Notes under the pieces: model-generated
The model's database searches: none
What the model was told of the DNA's origin: nothing
What the model saw: the letters and a program-made list of their open reading frames with translations, nothing else
Shown here: piece after piece, positions 7,058 through 15,013 of the stretch
Layout of the letters: the number at the start of each line of letters is the position of its first letter
Position numbering within the stretch: the stretch's first letter is position 1
Made by a program: the position numbers and the translations under genes
NCBI RefSeq assembly: GCF_015277775.1
Contig: NZ_CP063849.1
Coordinates: forward strand, 9,288,711-9,312,710
Origin: Paludibaculum fermentans
GTDB taxonomy: Bacteria > Acidobacteriota > Terriglobia > Bryobacterales > Bryobacteraceae
Reading direction: 5' to 3'
DNA: 24,000 nucleotides

Positions 7058-9565
7058 ATGCGAGGCATCGGACCGGATTTCAAGTACGCTCTGCGCACCC
7101 TGGCGCGCAGCCCATTGTTCACCCTGGCGGCCGTGTTTTCACTGGCCCTGGGCATCGGCGCAAATACAGCGATCTTCACCCTGATGGATCAACTGCTGCT
7201 GCGGCTGCTGCCCGTCAAGGACCCGGCCCAGTTGGTCATGATCTGGTCGAACGGCCCGCACATGGGCAATAACAACGGGGACCGCGCGCAGTCCTATCCG
7301 ATGTACCAGGCGTATCAGAAGCAGGCATCCTTCTTCTCCCATGTCTTCTGCCGCTATCTCGACAGTGCTTCCCTGAGCGTCGACGGGCAGACGGAACGGG
7401 TGATCTCGGAAATGGTCTCCGGCAACTACTTCGATGCGCTGGGCGTGAAGCCCGCCGTCGGCCGGGTCTTCTCCCCCGAACTGGACGACCGGACCTATAA
7501 AGGCCATCCGACCGTAGTTCTCAGCTACGACTACTGGCTGAACCGCTTTGGCGGCAAGGCCTCGATTGTGGGCCAGAAAGTTCTGGTGAATAACTACCCG
7601 ATGACCATCGTCGGGGTCTCCGCGCCCGGGTTCCTGGGCCTGGATCCGGCGCGGTCGCCGCAGATCCGGGTCCCCATCCAGATGGCGCCCATTATGACGC
7701 CCGGCCGCGACAGCATGGGCGAGTACCGCAGCCAGTGGATCCAGATGTTCGCGCGCTTGAAGCCCGGTGAGACGGTGGACACCGCGCGCGGTAAGCTGCA
7801 GGCGATCTTCACGCGGCAGTTGGAATACGAATCGACGTTGCCCGGCCTGAGGACGGCCTCGAAGTACCAGATGGACCGCTTCTTCAAACGGAAGGTCCGG
7901 TTGGAGCAGGCCTCGAACGGCTATTCCGACATCCGCAATGACTTCGGCAAGGCGCTGATTGTGCTCATGTCGATGGTGGGCCTGGTGCTGCTGATCGCGT
8001 GTGCCAATGTGGCCGGGCTGCTGGTGGCGCGGGCCGTGGCACGGCAGAAGGAACTGGCGGTCCGGCTGGCGATTGGAGCCTCCCGCAAGCAGTTGATCCG
8101 CCAACTGCTCGTCGAGAGCCTGCTGCTCTCCATCGGGGGCGCGCTGCTCGGGATCGTGCTCTCGGTCTGGACCATCAAGGGCCTCATCGGCTTCCTGCCC
8201 GAGCACGGGACTCCGCTCATGCTGACGGCGTCACCCGATTTGCGGATCCTCCTGTTCAACCTGCTGCTGGCGGTGTTGACTGGTTTGCTGTTCGGCGTGG
8301 CTCCGGCTTTCTTTGCGACGCGCATCGACCAGTGGAACGTGTTGAAGGATGCGGGCGGCGCGGTGTCGGGCACGGGCGGCGGAGTCCGCCTGCGCAAAAT
8401 CCTCGTAACGGCGCAGGTCGCGCTGTCCTTCCTCCTGCTGGCCGGCGCCGCCCTGTTCTCCAGAAGCCTGGGGAACCTCAAGGGCACTTCCACCGGCATC
8501 CAGGGCATGTCGAATCTCGTGACGTTCCAGGTGAACCCGTCACTGAACGGCTATACAGTGGAGCGCGAAAAGGCCTTCTACCAGGAGTTGCTGGCGAATG
8601 TGCGGGGCCTGCCCGGAGTGCAGACCGCCGCCGTCGCCTCCGTGCCGATCCTCCACGGCTGGGAATGGGACTCCAGCATGTCGGTGGAAGGCCATCAGAA
8701 CAAGGACGGCGAGGACATTCAGGCCTTCATGAACGCCTTGTCGCCCGGCTACTTCCAGACGATGGGCATCCCCGTGCTGGAAGGCCGCGACCTGCGGGAC
8801 AGCGATATCGGGGATGACGTCAAAGTAGCCGTCGTGAACCGCGCGTTCTCTGAGTATTACTTCGGCAAGGGTAGTCCAATTGGACGGCACATCGGCTTTG
8901 GCGGTGGTCCGGACACCAAGCTCAGCATCGAAATCGTGGGCATGGTGGAGAACACCTTGTACGAAGGGCCGCGGGAGGGCGTGCACCGGCAGGTGTTCGT
9001 GCCGAGGTTCCAGTCGAAGTTTCCGGGCTCGGTGGCATATTACGTCCGCGGAAGCATGGATACGAAGTCGATGATGGCCGGGTTGCGTGAGGCCGTGCGG
9101 CGGCTGGATCCGCGCCTGCCTCTGTATGAAGTCACGACGCTCGAGAACCAGCTCGACCAGACCCTGTCGACGGAGCGGATCATTGCCGCCCTGTCCATTG
9201 CGTTCGGCTGCCTGGCGACGCTGCTGGCGGCCATCGGGCTGTACGGCGTCATGGCGTTCGTCGCGGCCCGCCGCACGCGCGAGGTCGGGTTGAGGATGGC
9301 GCTGGGGGCTCAGCCCTTCGATGTCCTGCGGTTGATGATGCGGGAAGTCATCATCCTGCTGGTGGCCGGCTTGGCCGTGGGGGTTCCCTCCGCCTATGCC
9401 TTGAGCAAGTACATCTCGTCGCAGATGTTCAATGTGAAGGTGAACGATCCGTGGCTGGGCCTGGCGGTGATCGGGCTACTGGCGGGCGTGGCCCTGCTGG
9501 CGGGCTTCCTGCCGGCGCGCCGGGCCAGTACGGTGGATCCGCTGGAGGCGCTGCGCTACGAGTGA
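7058..9565 (+). CDS. ABC transporter permease of the FtsX/MacB type (acidobacterial ADOP-like)
   Basis: MRGIGPDFKYALRTLARSPLFTLAAVFSLALGIGANTAIFTLMDQLLLRLLPVKDPAQLVM, a MacB periplasmic core domain and two FtsX-like TM blocks ending GFLPARRASTVDPLEALRYE. No ATPase is encoded alongside. Confidence 0.95.
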   Translation: MRGIGPDFKYALRTLARSPLFTLAAVFSLALGIGANTAIFTLMDQLLLRLLPVKDPAQLVMIWSNGPHMGNNNGDRAQSYPMYQAYQKQASFFSHVFCRYLDSASLSVDGQTERVISEMVSGNYFDALGVKPAVGRVFSPELDDRTYKGHPTVVLSYDYWLNRFGGKASIVGQKVLVNNYPMTIVGVSAPGFLGLDPARSPQIRVPIQMAPIMTPGRDSMGEYRSQWIQMFARLKPGETVDTARGKLQAIFTRQLEYESTLPGLRTASKYQMDRFFKRKVRLEQASNGYSDIRNDFGKALIVLMSMVGLVLLIACANVAGLLVARAVARQKELAVRLAIGASRKQLIRQLLVESLLLSIGGALLGIVLSVWTIKGLIGFLPEHGTPLMLTASPDLRILLFNLLLAVLTGLLFGVAPAFFATRIDQWNVLKDAGGAVSGTGGGVRLRKILVTAQVALSFLLLAGAALFSRSLGNLKGTSTGIQGMSNLVTFQVNPSLNGYTVEREKAFYQELLANVRGLPGVQTAAVASVPILHGWEWDSSMSVEGHQNKDGEDIQAFMNALSPGYFQTMGIPVLEGRDLRDSDIGDDVKVAVVNRAFSEYYFGKGSPIGRHIGFGGGPDTKLSIEIVGMVENTLYEGPREGVHRQVFVPRFQSKFPGSVAYYVRGSMDTKSMMAGLREAVRRLDPRLPLYEVTTLENQLDQTLSTERIIAALSIAFGCLATLLAAIGLYGVMAFVAARRTREVGLRMALGAQPFDVLRLMMREVIILLVAGLAVGVPSAYALSKYISSQMFNVKVNDPWLGLAVIGLLAGVALLAGFLPARRASTVDPLEALRYE

Positions 9566-9609
9566 GGCGCGGCGCGCGCCGCCCATTGGAAAAGTGTCGC
9601 CTGAATGAC

Positions 9610-9625
9610 AAAAGCCGGCGCTTTT
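9610..9625 (+). terminator. Short hairpin AAAAGC-cggc-GCTTTT, possible weak terminator after the ABC permease gene
   Basis: Perfect 6-bp stem with a 4-nt loop ending in TTTT, 45 nt after the permease stop and upstream of the PEP-CTERM gene. Confidence 0.35.
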
Positions 9626-9652
9626 CGTCCGGGACTCTGTTATTCTCGTCCG

Positions 9653-10480
9653 ATGTCCTGGGCTAAACTTCTCACTCTGGGTTTGCTGGTCTCCGCACCC
9701 TTCGCGACCGCCAGTCCGGTCACTGCGTCCTCGTCCCTGCAGGGCGACGTGTCCGATCAGGGTTTTGCCAATCCGGTCGTCTACTTCACATTCATGGGCA
9801 AGTCCACGAATGTTAACGGTACGGTCTGGCGCGCATTTTGGGTTTTCGACCTGCCCTCCGGCCTCGCACCCGTCACGGAAGCGACGTTTGTGGTGCAACC
9901 CAGCGGCTACTTCGGCGATGGCGCGCAACACACGGTCGTGTTCACTGACTTTTTGCTGTCTCCCTCGCTCCTCTCGGCGAGCTACACGGCGGGCGACGCG
10001 ACCGGGCAGTCGATCTTCGCCGACCTGGGTGCGGGCGCCGTCTATGGCCAGTTGAATGTCGTGCCCTCCGACGCCAGGGTCGATTGCAGCACCCCCTCCT
10101 GCACCGTCCAACCAGGCCATACCCTTTCGCTCAAGTTGAATTCGGCCGGCCTTTCCGCCATCAACGCGAAACTCGGTGCGTCCTTCGTGATCGGCGGGTA
10201 CGTGTCCACCACCAGCCCCAACCTTGTCGGTGATTCGGACGGCGTGCAACTGGGCACTTACTTCAACCACAGCATCGCTGAACTCCAGCTCCAATCCGTG
10301 CCGGAACCGGGCACGGCGAGCCTGTTCGTGCTGGCTGGCCTGGCCGCATTCGCCAGACAGCGCTTCCGGCGTAGATCGCCCGGTTCGCAGGCTGCGCTAG
10401 GCGCTGCGCCGGGCCACGATCAGCGTGATGTCGTCGTGTTGCGGGGCTCCGGCGGCAAAGCGCGTCAACGCCTCCAGTAG
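9653..10480 (+). CDS. PEP-CTERM sorting-domain protein (secreted)
   Basis: Signal peptide MSWAKLLTLGLLVSAPFATA. C-terminal VPEPGTASLFVLAGLAAFARQRFRRR is a canonical PEP-CTERM tripartite signal. The ORF then runs on for roughly 36 more residues. Confidence 0.82.
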   Translation: MSWAKLLTLGLLVSAPFATASPVTASSSLQGDVSDQGFANPVVYFTFMGKSTNVNGTVWRAFWVFDLPSGLAPVTEATFVVQPSGYFGDGAQHTVVFTDFLLSPSLLSASYTAGDATGQSIFADLGAGAVYGQLNVVPSDARVDCSTPSCTVQPGHTLSLKLNSAGLSAINAKLGASFVIGGYVSTTSPNLVGDSDGVQLGTYFNHSIAELQLQSVPEPGTASLFVLAGLAAFARQRFRRRSPGSQAALGAAPGHDQRDVVVLRGSGGKARQRLQ

Positions 10481-12793
10481 TTGATCCGCCGCCGCCTGGG
10501 CGCCCGCTCCGGGTGCGGCCCGCAGGGCGTCCAGCAGCCGGTCTTCTCCGAACTCTTCGCCCTGGGGGTTGCGGGCCTCGGTCACGCCGTCGGTGTAGAG
10601 CACCAGCATGTCTCCGGGCTGAAGGGCCGCCTCCGCCTGTTCGTACTGAGCCCGCCGCGTCATGCCCAGCCCGACGCCCGGCGTCTTTAGCCAGTGGTGC
10701 TCCCCCGTGGCTCGCAGCAGCAGGCTCGGATTATGGCCGGCACAGGAATAACGCAGGGCGCCGCCGGCTGGCTCATACACCCCGTAGAAGAACGTCGCGA
10801 AGCGGTTGGCTGGGGACGCGTCGTACACCAGCACGTTCAACTTGGCCATCAGTTCGCGCAGATCCGTCACGCCGCCCAGGATCAGGCCCCGCAGCGACGC
10901 CTGCAGCCCCGCCATCAATAGTGCGGCGGGGACGCCCTTGCCCGCGACATCGCCGATGGCCAGGCCGACGGCTCCGCCGGGTGTCGTGAGGAAGTCGTAG
11001 TAGTCGCCACCCACCGATTGGGCGGGCACGCAGCAGCCGGCGAGGTCGAGCCCCTGTATCTGTGGGGCGCGCTTGGGAAACAACCGCTGCTGGACCTGGC
11101 TGGCGATCTCGAGCTCATTGTTCAAACGTTCGCGCTGCGCGGTTTCCGTGGCGACCGTGGCCGTGAGCCGGGAGACATCCAGGGCGAGCGCGGTCTGGCT
11201 CGCGACCGATTCCAGAAGTTGCAGGTCGCGGCGCGAGTAGGGCTCCTCGGAGAGCTTGGGGCCCAGGCGCAGGGCGCCGTAATCCTGGTCGGGCGTCGTA
11301 AGCGGCAGGATGAGGTCGCCAAAATCCTGGTAGCCGCCGGCGGGCAGCAGTTCAATGCGGGTGATATGCAGTGCGGCCTGGATGCGGTCCTGCACGATCT
11401 CCAGCAGTTTCTTGGGGTCCGTAATGCGCCGGACCTGGTTGGAAAGCTCGATCAGCACCTGCTCGGTATTCACCGCCTCGCGGAAGAAACGGCGGTCCAC
11501 CCAGGCTCGGACGTGATCTGTGCCATAGCTGACCACCATAATCCCGGCGAGGCAGAGCAGGGTGACAATCCAGCCGCGGCCGCTGAAGGCGACCCAGAGT
11601 AGGATGGCATTGACCAGCAACCGCAGGGCAGTCACCGTGCGGGAGGCGAGCAGTCCCTGGCGGAAGACCACGCCAAGGTCGAACAGGCGGTCAACGAGCA
11701 TGCTGTAGGCCAGTGTGACCGGGATCAGGATGGGAGCCAGCACGCCGGGCATGAGCAGCCAGATCGGGTAGTCGTTCAGGTCCCGGTTGAGCAGCACGGC
11801 TGAGACCATCAGCGCGGTATTCGGCAGGATGCCCAGCATGAGCCCGGCGAGCATCCAGCGCATGCGGCGGCGTGCGGCGGGATGGGTTTCGGCTCGGAAT
11901 TTCACCAGGAAGCACAGCAGGCCGAGGCCAATCAGGGCAAAGTGCCACGACTGGGTGAGTGCCTTCGGGAGATGTTCCAGAGGCCGGAGGATGGCCCAGA
12001 CCTTGGGCTCGGCGAACATGCCGGCGACCAGCGCGGCGCGCGCGGCGTCATGCGGCGTATAGATGACAATCGCGGCGAGGGAGATCCACGACAGCGGCCC
12101 CCGGCGCCAGCGTCCATCGGGAAAGAGCAGCGCGACCGCGCACCAGGCGGCGGGCCAGGCGTTCGAGAATACGTCCAGCAAAATGGCGGTTCCGCTCATC
12201 CACACGCCCCAGCTATAACGCTCGTAGCCGTTGGAGCGTTGCATGAAGGCCAGGCTCAGCAGCAACCAGAGGATGGCGAGGGCGGTTGGGTCGGAGGGCC
12301 GGCGGAAGGCAACCAGGAAGCCGAGCCCGATGCAGAGGACGGGCAGGATGATGTTCAGGCCAAGGGTGAACGCAAAGTCGCCCAACTCGGTCATGGTCTG
12401 GATGGGGGTCACCAGATCGACGGTGCGGGGCGGACCGTCCCCCGTACGCACCGTAAATTGGACGTGCGTTCCACCCGGCCTGGCGAAGAACTCATGGGCG
12501 GCATCGAAGCCGGAGTGGATCGGCACCCCGTTGACCGCCAGCAGCGTGTCCCCTTCCTTGATTCCGCCGTGCGTCGCAAACTCCTTCACCTGGCCCAGGG
12601 CGAGGTTCTCGGGATCAATGACTCCCGGAATACGCGGGACTTGCTGGAAGAGTGGCGTGAGCGAAGTGTAGATGAACCGCGCCTCCACCGCTCCGCAAAT
12701 CACCAGCAGGGCGGAGAGGGCAAGGCGCTGTTTCCAATGCGTCAAGTCCAAATTATAGATCCTGTCCGTCGGTGGCCGAGGATTCCTGGGCAT
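10397..12793 (-). CDS. Membrane-bound PP2C/SpoIIE-family serine phosphatase with N-terminal PDZ-like domain, multi-TM region and GAF domain
   Basis: MPRNPRPPTDRIYNL start. ALGQVKEFATHGGIKEGDTLLAVNGVPIHSG (PDZ-like), about 7-8 TM helices, a GAF-like segment, then LNNELEIASQVQQRLFPKRAP...GGDYYDFL...IGDVAGKGVPAALLMA...LVLYTDGVTEARN...HDDITLIVARR. Confidence 0.9.
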   Translation of the reverse strand: MPRNPRPPTDRIYNLDLTHWKQRLALSALLVICGAVEARFIYTSLTPLFQQVPRIPGVIDPENLALGQVKEFATHGGIKEGDTLLAVNGVPIHSGFDAAHEFFARPGGTHVQFTVRTGDGPPRTVDLVTPIQTMTELGDFAFTLGLNIILPVLCIGLGFLVAFRRPSDPTALAILWLLLSLAFMQRSNGYERYSWGVWMSGTAILLDVFSNAWPAAWCAVALLFPDGRWRRGPLSWISLAAIVIYTPHDAARAALVAGMFAEPKVWAILRPLEHLPKALTQSWHFALIGLGLLCFLVKFRAETHPAARRRMRWMLAGLMLGILPNTALMVSAVLLNRDLNDYPIWLLMPGVLAPILIPVTLAYSMLVDRLFDLGVVFRQGLLASRTVTALRLLVNAILLWVAFSGRGWIVTLLCLAGIMVVSYGTDHVRAWVDRRFFREAVNTEQVLIELSNQVRRITDPKKLLEIVQDRIQAALHITRIELLPAGGYQDFGDLILPLTTPDQDYGALRLGPKLSEEPYSRRDLQLLESVASQTALALDVSRLTATVATETAQRERLNNELEIASQVQQRLFPKRAPQIQGLDLAGCCVPAQSVGGDYYDFLTTPGGAVGLAIGDVAGKGVPAALLMAGLQASLRGLILGGVTDLRELMAKLNVLVYDASPANRFATFFYGVYEPAGGALRYSCAGHNPSLLLRATGEHHWLKTPGVGLGMTRRAQYEQAEAALQPGDMLVLYTDGVTEARNPQGEEFGEDRLLDALRAAPGAGAQAAADQLLEALTRFAAGAPQHDDITLIVARRSA

Positions 12794-12863
12794 CAGCCGG
12801 AAAACGGCGGCGTTGCATGCTGGATAATAGATCCAGGCCGCAGTGGCCTTGAGAGCCTTTGCA

Positions 12864-13850
12864 ATGAAGAAATTGACCGCGCACGTCAAAGCCGCCGGTT
12901 GAGCGTCCAAGCTCAGTCCAAAGGTTTTGGACCAGGTGCTGCCAGGCGTTCCGCGCCTGCGCAATTCTAACGTTCTGGTGGGGTTTGATACGTCGGACGA
13001 TGCCGGCGTCTACAAGCTCAGCCCGGAGTGTGCCCTGGTGCAGACAGTGGATTTCTTCACGCCAATCGTCGATGATCCTTACACTTACGGGGCCATCGCG
13101 GCGGCCAATGCGTTGAGCGATGTGTACGCGATGGGTGGGCGGCCGGTAACCGCGTTGTCGGTGCTGTGCTACCCGGGCAAGGGCGACCTGGAGGATCTGG
13201 AAGCGATCCTGAAGGGCGGCGCCGAGAAGATGATCGAGGCGGAATGCGCGGTGGTGGGCGGGCATAGCGTGAACGACGAAGAGATCAAATTCGGCTATGC
13301 GGTGACGGGCACGGTTCATCCTGACAGGATCTGGACCAATGCCGGCGCGCGGCCGGGCGATGTTCTGGTACTGACGAAGCCGCTGGGCACGGGTGTGATC
13401 TCGACGGCGCTGAAACGCGGCTTGGCCAGCGACGAGCATGTTGCGGCGTCCATCGCGTCGATGCTGAAGTTGAACAAAGTGGACACCGAGGCCCACGGCT
13501 GCACCGATGTTACTGGCTTTGGCCTGATGGGCCATGGGCGCGAGATGGCGCTGGCCAGCAACGTGACCTTGGAGATTGATTCGTCGGCACTCGAGTTCCT
13601 GGCAGGGGCATTGGAGTATGCCGCGGCGGGGGCTGTGCCCGGCGGGCTGAACAACAACCGGGCGTTTGCGTCCTCGTGCGTCCTGGTGAGCGAAGGAATC
13701 CGGCCCGAAGTGGAAGCCCTGCTCTACGATCCTCAGACCTCGGGCGGGTTGCTGTTGTCGCAATCGCCGGAGCAGGCCGAGGGGCGACCCGTGGGCCGGG
13801 TGATTGGCCGTGTCCTGGAACGGGGCGCAAAGCCCATTCAAGTCTTATGA
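12864..13850 (+). CDS. selD: Selenide, water dikinase; predicted selenoprotein with in-frame UGA (Sec) at 12900-12902
   Basis: From ATG 12864: MKKLTAHVKAAG-[TGA]-ASKLSPKVLDQVLPGVPRLRNSNVLVGFDTSDDAGVYKL..., same frame as ORF 12927..13850. Downstream motifs TVDFFTPIVDDPYTYGAIAAANALSDVYAMGG, GHSV, TDVTGFGLMGH and DPQTSGGLLL identify SelD. The UGA aligns with catalytic Cys17 of E. coli SelD ([14 protein letters not shown]). Confidence 0.93.
12910..12940 (+). promoter_or_regulatory. Putative bacterial SECIS hairpin downstream of the selD UGA
   Basis: GTCCAAA(12916-12922)-GGT(12923-12925)-TTTGGAC(12926-12932) is a perfect 7-bp stem with a GGU apical loop starting 20 nt after the last base of the TGA. 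Flanking AGC(12910-12912)/GCT(12938-12940) can pair to extend it. Confidence 0.75.
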
Positions 13851-14542
13851 ACTACAACCCCATCATTGTTGCCCTCGACGTGCCGGACGCCGGAGAGGCG
13901 CTCAGCCTGGTCGACCGGCTGGCGACGACCGTCGATTTCTATAAGGTCGGCCTGGAGCTGTTTACCGCCGAAGGTCCGGCGGTGGTCCGGGAGATTATCG
14001 CCCGGCGCAAGCAGGTCTTCGTGGATCTGAAGATGTACGACATCCACGAGACCGTCAAGCGGGCGGCGGCGCGCGTGGCCGCCTTGGGCGGCAGCCTGTT
14101 GACCGTCCATTCCAGCCCGCAGGTGATCCGGGCGGCTCGTGAGGCGGCGGCCGGTACGAATCTGCGGATTCTGGCTGTGACCGTGCTGACGAGCTTCGAC
14201 CAGGCGGATCTGGAAGACGTCGGGATCACGGGCCGCACGGTGGCCCAGCAGGTGGAATGGCTGGCCGCGAAGGCGGTGGACGCCGGGGCAGACGGGCTGG
14301 TGTGCTCGCCCCTGGAGGTGGAGCGGCTGAGGAGCCTGATCCCGCGCGAGACGCTGCTGGTGGTGCCGGGAGTCCGGTCGGCTGGCGCGGATCATGGTGA
14401 CCAGAAGCGTGTCGCGACGCCCACGTCGGCCATGGAGGCCGGAGCCAGCTACCTGGTGGTGGGCCGCGAGATTACCAGGGCGGCGGAACCGGCGGCCGCG
14501 GCGGATGCGATCCTGCGCGCGCTGGGAACTCAACTACACTAA
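13847..14542 (+). CDS. pyrF: Orotidine 5'-phosphate decarboxylase
   Basis: MNYNPIIVALDVPDAGEALSLVDRL, YKVGLELFTAEGP, VFVDLKMYDIHETVKRAA, VTVLTS, VVPGVRSAGADHGDQKRVATPTSAMEAGASYLVVGREIT. ATGA overlap with the selD stop. Confidence 0.96.
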   Translation: MNYNPIIVALDVPDAGEALSLVDRLATTVDFYKVGLELFTAEGPAVVREIIARRKQVFVDLKMYDIHETVKRAAARVAALGGSLLTVHSSPQVIRAAREAAAGTNLRILAVTVLTSFDQADLEDVGITGRTVAQQVEWLAAKAVDAGADGLVCSPLEVERLRSLIPRETLLVVPGVRSAGADHGDQKRVATPTSAMEAGASYLVVGREITRAAEPAAAADAILRALGTQLH

Positions 14543-14546
14543 GGCC

Positions 14547-14987
14547 ATGGCTCGCTTTTTCACGCTCGAGCAGGCGCAACAGCTGGTGCCGGAGGTGCGC
14601 CGCATGCTCAATGAAGCGGTGGAGGCGCGCGCCGAACTGGAGGAGTCGCAGCAGGAGATCGCCGAGTGCATGCGGAAAGCCCACCAGATGGGCGGCGTGG
14701 ACCTCGACACCGGGCGGCTGGTGTTGCTGCGAAAACGAGTGGATGAGCTGGGAAAAAAGCTCAAGGAGATCCTCGATCAGTTCGAAGAGTTAGGGATACA
14801 GGTGAAGGATCTCAACATCGGGCTTGTGGATTTCCCCACGAAGTACCGCGGTGAGGAAGTATTGATCTGCTACCAGCTCAACGAGACAGGTGTCGGCTAC
14901 TGGCACGGTCTGGATGAGGGGTTCCGAGGCCGCAAGAGGATCGACCGGGACTTCCTGGATCATCACGAAGGCGATCTCGTTCATTAA
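14547..14987 (+). CDS. DUF2203 family protein
   Basis: MARFFTLEQAQQLVPEVRRMLNEAVEARAEL...KKLKEILDQFEELGIQVKDLNIGLVDFPTKYRGEEVLICYQLNETGVGYWHGLDEGFRGRKRID is characteristic of DUF2203. Confidence 0.9.
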   Translation: MARFFTLEQAQQLVPEVRRMLNEAVEARAELEESQQEIAECMRKAHQMGGVDLDTGRLVLLRKRVDELGKKLKEILDQFEELGIQVKDLNIGLVDFPTKYRGEEVLICYQLNETGVGYWHGLDEGFRGRKRIDRDFLDHHEGDLVH

Positions 14988-15013
14988 TCCGGGCACCCGG
15001 GAGATGAGTTGAC

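Noticed and set aside
12900-12902. Interpreting the TGA in selD as a pseudogene or as a downstream TTG start at 12927
   Set aside because: Conserved SelD sequence lies on both sides of the TGA, the codon falls exactly at the catalytic Cys/Sec site, and a SECIS-like hairpin follows. A start at 12927 would delete the catalytic residue and Lys20.
11882-12970. 362-aa plus-strand ORF opposite the SpoIIE phosphatase
   Set aside because: The opposite strand encodes a clear multi-domain phosphatase with intact motifs; this frame shows no recognisable domain.
12753-13841. 362-aa minus-strand ORF antisense to selD
   Set aside because: Overlaps the strongly supported selD and has no domain-like sequence.
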